Source: an uncultured Bacilli bacterium (GTDB lineage Bacteria; Bacillota_I; Bacilli_A; RF39; UBA660). Taken from it: 64,000 bases of DNA. Shown here piece by piece: positions 57,675 to 64,000 of the stretch. Both the position numbers and the translations under genes were made by a program. The notes under the pieces were generated by a model. The model was not told the origin of the DNA. It did not search any database and saw nothing but the letters and a program-made list of their open reading frames with translations. Position 1 is the first letter of the stretch. Each line of letters begins with the position of its first letter. The DNA lies in NCBI GenBank assembly GCA_947632405.1, contig CANRPE010000003.1, positions 322 through 64,321 of the forward strand. Direction: 5' to 3'.

Positions 57675-58267
57675 TAGTTAAAAAATTAAATAATAAGGGA
57701 TTAACAGCAATTGAGGTATTAGTATCTTTTGCTTTAATTAGTGTTATAATTATTTCAATGTTTAATGTTATAAATAATTATAAAGATAAAGAAGATTTAG
57801 AATCTTATAAAACTGATGTTACTACTTATAAAAATACTTTAACGAAAACAATTTATGATGATATCATAGCTAATGATGGAGTTACAAAAACATGTAATGC
57901 TAGTGATGATTGCTCAACTTGTGTTAGTCAAACAATTGATTCAAGTGCTAGTGACTTAACTGCTAATTTTGAATATAAGTTAAAATTATGTTATAAAAGA
58001 GTAAATAAATCAGCTACAATTGTAGTTCATAATAATGATGATAAAAGTGAATATTATGTAGATTTTATTGATAGTACAAATAATAAAGAAAGATTTAAAT
58101 TACCTAGTTTATATAATGTAAAATTCAATGAAATTGCTACTTATCAAGAACCTAAAACCTCTTTTATTAGAATTCATATAGGTTTATGGACAGCTGATTT
58201 TGGAACTAAATATGATGCTTTAAATATTATTACTCCAAATACAGCTGTTTATCCTAAGGCATTATGA
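57671..58267 (+). CDS. minor pilin-like protein (degenerate prepilin motif)
   Basis: KLNNKGLTAIEVLVSFALISVIIISMF: G|LTAIE. Overlaps the upstream pilin gene through ATGA. Confidence 0.6.
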   Translation: MIVKKLNNKGLTAIEVLVSFALISVIIISMFNVINNYKDKEDLESYKTDVTTYKNTLTKTIYDDIIANDGVTKTCNASDDCSTCVSQTIDSSASDLTANFEYKLKLCYKRVNKSATIVVHNNDDKSEYYVDFIDSTNNKERFKLPSLYNVKFNEIATYQEPKTSFIRIHIGLWTADFGTKYDALNIITPNTAVYPKAL

Positions 58268-59167
58268 CATTAAAAAGATTAAAATACAAGATGCTATTGC
58301 TATTTGACAAATTCTTCCTAATAAAAAATTACGGTATTTAATTTTAGTATTTGCAATAATATTTTTTACTTGCATATGAATATTAATTCCACCAAAACAA
58401 ATAAAAGTAGTTGTTAAAATACCTTTAAATAAAAGATTTACTGATAACATTGAAATACTTTGGATTCCTTTTGTAATATCAAAAAAACCATTTATTAAAA
58501 CATTAAAAAATAAAGGAAGATTTGAATAAATTGAAATAAGTTTTGTAATTAAAAAGAAAAAACAAGTATTACCTAAAATAATAACTAATAAATCAATAGA
58601 ATTTTTTATAGATTTAGATAAAGCTAGAGCAAAATTTGGAGTTTGTTGATACTTCAAATTTATGTTTTTATCTATTTTTTTTGGTCTAGTAATAATTCCT
58701 ATAATTAAATTAGATAAATACATAGCAATTAATATATAAATTGGTATTTTATTGTCATGAAAAATAGTTTTTGTTACTGTTAATACAAATAATGGATTTG
58801 CAAAGTGAGTAAAAGTAATCAAGTAATTAGCTTGATCTAAATTTAACATATCTAAATCATATAAATTTCTAATATATTTAGCGCCACTTGGAAATCCTGA
58901 AACCATACTCATTAAAATAATAAAAGAAGAAGCAGCAGTTGTATGAAATAATTTTTCTGTTATTTTAGAAAAAATTTTATTTAAAGTTAAAACAAAATTA
59001 TATTCTATTAGTAAATCACTAATTAAAAAGAAAGGAAAAATAGAAGGAAATAATACCTTAAAAAATACTTCTAGAGCGTATCTTAATTCTTCAGTAACAA
59101 CGTTTGAATTTACAATTAACGACATAAATATAAAAAATATTAGTATTTGTATTATTTTGTTTTTCAT
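58262..59167 (-). CDS. YlbJ-like integral membrane protein (nucleoside-recognition/Gate-domain family)
   Basis: Polytopic membrane protein. The N-terminal pattern ALEVFFKVLFPSIFPFFLISDLL resembles YlbJ. Adjacent to a ylbL homolog, as in Bacillus. Confidence 0.5.
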   Translation of the reverse strand: MKNKIIQILIFFIFMSLIVNSNVVTEELRYALEVFFKVLFPSIFPFFLISDLLIEYNFVLTLNKIFSKITEKLFHTTAASSFIILMSMVSGFPSGAKYIRNLYDLDMLNLDQANYLITFTHFANPLFVLTVTKTIFHDNKIPIYILIAMYLSNLIIGIITRPKKIDKNINLKYQQTPNFALALSKSIKNSIDLLVIILGNTCFFFLITKLISIYSNLPLFFNVLINGFFDITKGIQSISMLSVNLLFKGILTTTFICFGGINIHMQVKNIIANTKIKYRNFLLGRICQIAIASCILIFLMS

Positions 59168-59203
59168 ATTTCACCAACTTTTTGATATAATTAAATAAGG
59201 GGA

Positions 59204-60229
59204 ATGATTATGATTAAAAATATTTATCAAAAATTAAAAGAAGTAATATTAGAAAATTATAAAACTATTTTCTTTTTTGTTATCTTATATATTATATTTA
59301 TGTGGCCTATGGATTATTACATTATTACTGGTGGTGGTATTATGAAAATAGGAAACAGAATAGTAGTAGAGGATAGCTATAATTCAAAAGGTAGTTTTAA
59401 TCTTGCTTATGTTTCAGAAGCAAATGGAACAGTAGCGACTTATTTATTAAGTTATGTTTTACCAAATTGGGAAAGAGTAAAAGCTAGTGATTATACTTAT
59501 TCAGAAAATGAAACTATTGATGATGTTGAATTTCGAGGTAAAATTGATTTATTAGTTGCAAGTGATAATGCAATTAAAAATGCTTTTTTGTTAGCAAATA
59601 AAACTTATAAAATTACTAAAAATTTAGTATATGTTTATTATGTTGATGAAAATTCTAAATCTAAATTAAAAGTTGGAGATCAAATTTTAAAAATTGGTAA
59701 TCAAGAAATAACAAATTTAGAAAATTTTCAAGATCAATTAGCTAACTATGAAATAGGTGATAATATACCTATTACAATTTTAAGAAATGATAAGCAAAAA
59801 CAAATAACAGCTAGTTTATATGAAAGTGATAATAAAAAAATACTAGGCATTTATGTTAATGAAATCCATAAATATAAAACATATCCTAAAGTAAAAATCG
59901 ATTTTCATAAAGGTGAATCTGGTCCTTCTGGAGGTTTGATGGAAGCTTTAGATATTTATAATAAAATTACAAAAAAAGATTTAACTAAGGGATTAAAAAT
60001 AGCAGGTACTGGTGAAATTGATGAAAAAGGAAATATTACTTCAATTGGAGGAGTTAAATATAAATTATTGGGAGCTGAAAAACAAAAAGCAGATATATTT
60101 TTAGTACCTAATGGTGAAAATTATAAAACCTGTCTTAAAGTTGCTAAAAAAGAAAAATTAAAAATAAAAATAATTAGTGTAAATACATTAAAAGATGCAA
60201 TCACAAAACTAGAAAAAGTAAAAGAATAA
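59204..60229 (+). CDS. PDZ-domain Lon-like S16 protease (YlbL/SepM family)
   Basis: N-terminal TM segment, a PDZ segment (KVGDQILKIGNQEI), and the Lon proteolytic domain GESGPSGGLMEALDIYN ... IAGTGEIDEKGNITSIGGVKYK. Confidence 0.8.
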   Translation: MIMIKNIYQKLKEVILENYKTIFFFVILYIIFMWPMDYYIITGGGIMKIGNRIVVEDSYNSKGSFNLAYVSEANGTVATYLLSYVLPNWERVKASDYTYSENETIDDVEFRGKIDLLVASDNAIKNAFLLANKTYKITKNLVYVYYVDENSKSKLKVGDQILKIGNQEITNLENFQDQLANYEIGDNIPITILRNDKQKQITASLYESDNKKILGIYVNEIHKYKTYPKVKIDFHKGESGPSGGLMEALDIYNKITKKDLTKGLKIAGTGEIDEKGNITSIGGVKYKLLGAEKQKADIFLVPNGENYKTCLKVAKKEKLKIKIISVNTLKDAITKLEKVKE

Positions 60230-60311
60230 TTGAAAAAATATACTTAGCGCAGTATATTTTTTCTTTTAACTTTTTTGATATTTTGATATAATATTTTTAG
60301 TGGTGAACAAT

Positions 60312-62861
60312 ATGAAAAGAAGTACAGTTGATAGAACAAAATTAAGTCCAATGATGCTCCAATATATGGAAATAAAAGATAAATATGAGGATTGTATAAT
60401 CTTTTTTAGACTTGGTGATTTTTATGAAATGTTTTTTGATGATGCAATTCTTGCTTCTCGTGAATTAGAACTTACATTAACTGGTAAAAATGCAGGTCTT
60501 GATGAAAGAGTTCCAATGTGTGGAGTTCCTCATCATGCATATGCTTCATATATTGATACTTTAATTGAAAAAGGATATAAAGTTGCAATCGTTGAACAAC
60601 TAGAAGATCCAAAATTAGTTAAGGGAATGGTTAAAAGAGATGTTATTCAAGTAGTAACCAAAGGAACTAGAATTGATAATAATTTAGATAGTAAAAATAA
60701 TAATTATATTGCTAATATTTATGATTTTGATTATTGTAAAGGGATTAGTTTTACTGATATTTCAACAGGAGAATTTTATTGCGAATTATTAGAATATAAC
60801 CAAGATGAAATAATTAGAGAAGTTGTAAGACGAGGATTTAAAGAATTAATTGTAAATGAAAAAATTGATCGAGAATTAGTTAATATTCTTCGTTCTACTT
60901 ATGGAATATTAGTTACTATTACTAAAGAACTTGATGATACTAAAGAATATCAGTATATATATGAAGATATTGATGATCCTAGAATTATTACAACAATAAA
61001 ACATTTATTATATTATGTTTTAGATGCTAAAAAAGGAGATTTGCATCACTTAAAAAAATGTGAAATAATTAGTAGTCAAAAAACATTATTTTTTGATAAT
61101 AATACTAAGAAAAATCTTGAATTAGTTGAAACAATTCGTTCTCGTGATCGACAATATTCATTATTATGGCTATTAGATAAAAATAAAACTGCCATGGGAT
61201 CACGTTATTTAAAACATGAAATAGAAAATCCTTTAACTGATAAAAAAGAATTAGAAAGAAGATATAATTTTATTGAAAAATTATCTACTGAATTTATTTT
61301 ACGAGATGATTTAAGAAATTATTTAGATCAAGTCTATGATTTAGAGCGCTTAGCTGCTAGAATTAGTTATGGAAATTTAAATGCTAGAGATATGTTACAA
61401 TTAAAAAAATCATTAAATGTTCTTCCAGATATTAAAAATATATTAGAACAACTTGATTATGATAAGACCATTAATCCTATTACAGAAGTAGCATCTCTTT
61501 TAGAAAAATCTATCCATGAAGATCCACCTCTAACTTTAAAAGAAGGTTCACTTATTAAAGATGGCTATAATTCAGAATTAGATGAATTAAGAAAACTAAG
61601 TAGTGGTTCAAAAGATTTTATTTTAGAAATTGAACATCAAGAAAAAGAACGTACAGGTATTAAAACTTTAAAAGTAGGTTTTAATAAAATATTTGGCTAT
61701 TATATTGAAGTTAGTAAAGGCCAAAAGAATCTAGTTAAAGAAGAATATGGCTATGAACGAAGACAGACTTTAGCGAATTGTGAAAGATATACAACGCCAT
61801 TATTAAAAGAAAAAGAAAATATAATTTTAGGTGCTGAAGAAAAAATTATTAACCTAGAATACAAATTATTTATGGATATTCGTGAAATTATTAAAAGATA
61901 TATTACGCTTATTCAAGAAGTATCAAAAATTATTAGTGAAGTAGATATGTTGCAATCATTTTCTATTGTGAGTGATGAAAATAAATTTGTTAGGCCAAAA
62001 TTAGTTGATGAAAAATCTCTAGAATTAATTGAATGTCGTCATCCTGTTATTGAGAAAGTATTAACAACTAAATATGTAGCTAATGATATTATAATGGATA
62101 AATCGACTGATATTTTATTAATTACAGGTCCAAATATGGCAGGTAAATCTACTTATATGCGTCAATGTGCAATTACTATTATTATGGCTCAAATTGGTTG
62201 TTTTGTTCCTTGCAAAAGCTGTAAAATGCCTATATTTGATAAAATATTTACTCGAATTGGAGCAAGCGATGATTTAGTAAGTGGTGAATCTACTTTTATG
62301 ATTGAGATGAAAGAAGCCAATTATGCAATATCAGAAGCAACTGAAAATAGTTTAATTTTGTTCGATGAATTAGGTCGAGGAACAGCAACATATGATGGTA
62401 TGAGTCTTGCTCAGGCAATATTAGAATATATTCATGATAAAATTAAAGCTAAAACTATGTTTTCCACACATTATCATGAATTGACTGCTTTAGAAAAAGA
62501 TTTAAAACATTTAAAAAATGTTCATGTATCAGCTATAGAAGAAGCTGGAAAAATAACTTTTTTACATAAAGTTAAACCAGGTTCTATTGACAAAAGTTAT
62601 GGTATCCACGTTGCTAGTTTAGCTAAATTACCACTTGAATTAATTAATCGTAGTAAAAATATATTAGATATATATGAAAATAAAAAAGGCAAACAAGAGA
62701 CATTTACACAAACTTCTTTATTTGAACTTGATGAAGAAGAAATTAATGAACAAGAAAATAAAAATGAACTAGAAGAAAAAATAAAAGAAATAAATCCTTT
62801 AGAAATGTCTCCTATTGAAGCACTTAACTTTTTATATGAATTGAAGAAAAATATGAAGTAA
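60312..62861 (+). CDS. mutS: DNA mismatch repair protein MutS
   Basis: GDFYEMF mismatch-binding motif, GPNMAGKSTYMRQ Walker A, STFMIEM, DELGRGT. Not adjacent to mutL in this genome. Confidence 0.95.
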   Translation: MKRSTVDRTKLSPMMLQYMEIKDKYEDCIIFFRLGDFYEMFFDDAILASRELELTLTGKNAGLDERVPMCGVPHHAYASYIDTLIEKGYKVAIVEQLEDPKLVKGMVKRDVIQVVTKGTRIDNNLDSKNNNYIANIYDFDYCKGISFTDISTGEFYCELLEYNQDEIIREVVRRGFKELIVNEKIDRELVNILRSTYGILVTITKELDDTKEYQYIYEDIDDPRIITTIKHLLYYVLDAKKGDLHHLKKCEIISSQKTLFFDNNTKKNLELVETIRSRDRQYSLLWLLDKNKTAMGSRYLKHEIENPLTDKKELERRYNFIEKLSTEFILRDDLRNYLDQVYDLERLAARISYGNLNARDMLQLKKSLNVLPDIKNILEQLDYDKTINPITEVASLLEKSIHEDPPLTLKEGSLIKDGYNSELDELRKLSSGSKDFILEIEHQEKERTGIKTLKVGFNKIFGYYIEVSKGQKNLVKEEYGYERRQTLANCERYTTPLLKEKENIILGAEEKIINLEYKLFMDIREIIKRYITLIQEVSKIISEVDMLQSFSIVSDENKFVRPKLVDEKSLELIECRHPVIEKVLTTKYVANDIIMDKSTDILLITGPNMAGKSTYMRQCAITIIMAQIGCFVPCKSCKMPIFDKIFTRIGASDDLVSGESTFMIEMKEANYAISEATENSLILFDELGRGTATYDGMSLAQAILEYIHDKIKAKTMFSTHYHELTALEKDLKHLKNVHVSAIEEAGKITFLHKVKPGSIDKSYGIHVASLAKLPLELINRSKNILDIYENKKGKQETFTQTSLFELDEEEINEQENKNELEEKIKEINPLEMSPIEALNFLYELKKNMK

Positions 62862-62921
62862 TTCTTGACATATTTAATTTTTTCTGCTATAATAGGCACA
62901 GTTTTAAGGGAGAAAGTTTAT

Positions 62922-63647
62922 ATGGAAGAACAATTAAATATTTCTGAAAATTATTTTTATGATGAAAAAGGATATATGATTCAATACCAAATTACAGGTA
63001 ATGATCCTAAAAATAAAATAGAAGTTATTGAAAAAATAAGTTCTGATAATTCTAAATATTCTTACTATGAGAAATATGTTGGAGATGAAGGAATTACAAT
63101 CTTAGGAGCTACTACTGATTTAATTGAAGATAGTATTGGAGCGTCTATTCCTACAAATATTGTTATGGGAATTTGGAACTTTGATATAGATTTATTAAAA
63201 AGTGTTAAAGATATTAATAAATTTATTGAAAATATGGCAGATGATGCTGAACCAATAAGTAATTTAGAAAAAAACATGAAAAAAGTCAAAAAAGAAGAAA
63301 AATTAGAACCATATTTCCATAAATCAGTTCATGCAACTGTAAAAAAACAATATTTTGAAAGTAATAAAGAAAATATTGGATATTATGTCTATCGAAATGG
63401 ATATGAACCAGAAGATAATTTATCTTTTGTGTACAAACTATCATTACAAGATTTTAGACAACAATTAAATAATTTGTATACATCAGTAATTAGAACTGGA
63501 ATTTCTGAAAAAGATGTTGTTGATATTACAGGAATTTCAAGTGATATCATGCCTAACCAATTTGGTATATTTGATGCAAATAATTATTATGATATGGTTA
63601 AAAAACAAAATGATAGATTTGAAATCAATAAACAATTAAAAAAATAA
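62922..63647 (+). CDS. hypothetical protein
   Basis: The promoter TTGACA-17 nt-TATAAT lies at 62866-62894, so the start is taken at ATG 62922 after aagggagaaag. No motif recognised. Confidence 0.5.
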   Translation: MEEQLNISENYFYDEKGYMIQYQITGNDPKNKIEVIEKISSDNSKYSYYEKYVGDEGITILGATTDLIEDSIGASIPTNIVMGIWNFDIDLLKSVKDINKFIENMADDAEPISNLEKNMKKVKKEEKLEPYFHKSVHATVKKQYFESNKENIGYYVYRNGYEPEDNLSFVYKLSLQDFRQQLNNLYTSVIRTGISEKDVVDITGISSDIMPNQFGIFDANNYYDMVKKQNDRFEINKQLKK

Positions 63648-63728
63648 AAGGGAAAAAGCAACTTAGTTGCTTTTCTTTATTGTAATTAAGAAGATATCTA
63701 TGATAAAATATAGTCGAGGTGATACTCA

Positions 63729-64000
63729 ATGAAAAGTAGAAGTGAATTACGAGAGATTATTATTAAAATTCTTTATCAAATAAATATATTTGAAAAAAGT
63801 AATTTAGAATACAATATTGATGAATTAATTAAAGAACAGTTAAATATTAAAAACGAATTTGTTACTGATAGTGTCTATAATATTATTAAGAGGCAGGAAG
63901 AAATAAAAGTAACCGCTAACAAATATTTAAATAATTGGACCATAAATCGTTTGAATCAAGTGGATCAAGCTATTTTATCATTGGGAATATATGAATTGCT
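63729..64000 (+). CDS. nusB: transcription antitermination factor NusB (5' part; runs off the window)
   Basis: MKSRSELREIIIKILYQINIFEK... with a later LNNWTINRLNQVDQAILSLGIYEL, which resembles the NusB pattern. Not in the ORF track (no stop in the window). Confidence 0.6.
   Translation, partial: MKSRSELREIIIKILYQINIFEKSNLEYNIDELIKEQLNIKNEFVTDSVYNIIKRQEEIKVTANKYLNNWTINRLNQVDQAILSLGIYEL

Noticed and set aside
1-64000. Mollicute-type genetic code (TGA = Trp), suggested by the very low GC content
   Set aside because: TGA terminates well-supported genes (for example 51849-51851, overlapping the hemW start, and the toxin B ORF). Conserved Trp positions are TGG. The standard bacterial code fits.

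Overview
AT-rich Bacillota-type chromosome, standard genetic code (TGA is used as a stop, Trp is TGG). The backbone is housekeeping genes with Bacillus-like synteny: tkt-sirA/yneE-like-yneF, uvrC, mutL, miaA, parE/parC, deoD, M16 peptidases, rnc, rnj, rplU-prp-rpmA-obg, lepA, hemW, tmk, ylbJ/ylbL-like, mutS and nusB. Two accessory regions stand out.

(1) 14.0-21.0 kb, between parC and deoD, holds a complete diversity-generating retroelement (DGR). It sits inside a four-member array of ~1.09-kb cassettes encoding secreted, Cys-rich, C-type-lectin/DUF1566-like proteins.
- A 105-nt template repeat (TR, 16429-16533) matches the 3' end of cassette gene 2. All 17 mismatches fall on TR adenines.
- Downstream lie a MutS-domain-I-like gene, an Avd-like gene and a DGR-type reverse transcriptase.
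- Gene 1 carries an older, imperfect variable repeat (VR). Genes 3 and 4 encode the same GARAVVEI end in AT-rich codons and appear out of reach of the TR.
- Every cassette has its own promoter with a G8 or G9 tract in the -35/-10 spacer. This suggests slipped-strand phase variation layered on DGR hypervariation.

(2) 34.4-44 kb, downstream of a tRNA(CAU)-tRNA-Leu pair, is a mosaic island.
- It is bounded by a 24-bp direct repeat that includes the tRNA-Leu 3' end.
- It holds two type I toxin-antitoxin-like modules, an RHH gene interrupted by an in-frame TAG, and a 749-aa sigma-like protein with eight tandem repeats.
- It also holds a nucleotide-catabolism cluster: NUDIX, a nucleotidase-nucleoside hydrolase fusion, and an HD protein.

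Other points: dispersed type IV pilin-like genes, a PilB/ComGA-family ATPase with a long acidic tail, and tandem HPt-REC proteins. All coordinates, alignments and counts were made by eye and need computational confirmation.
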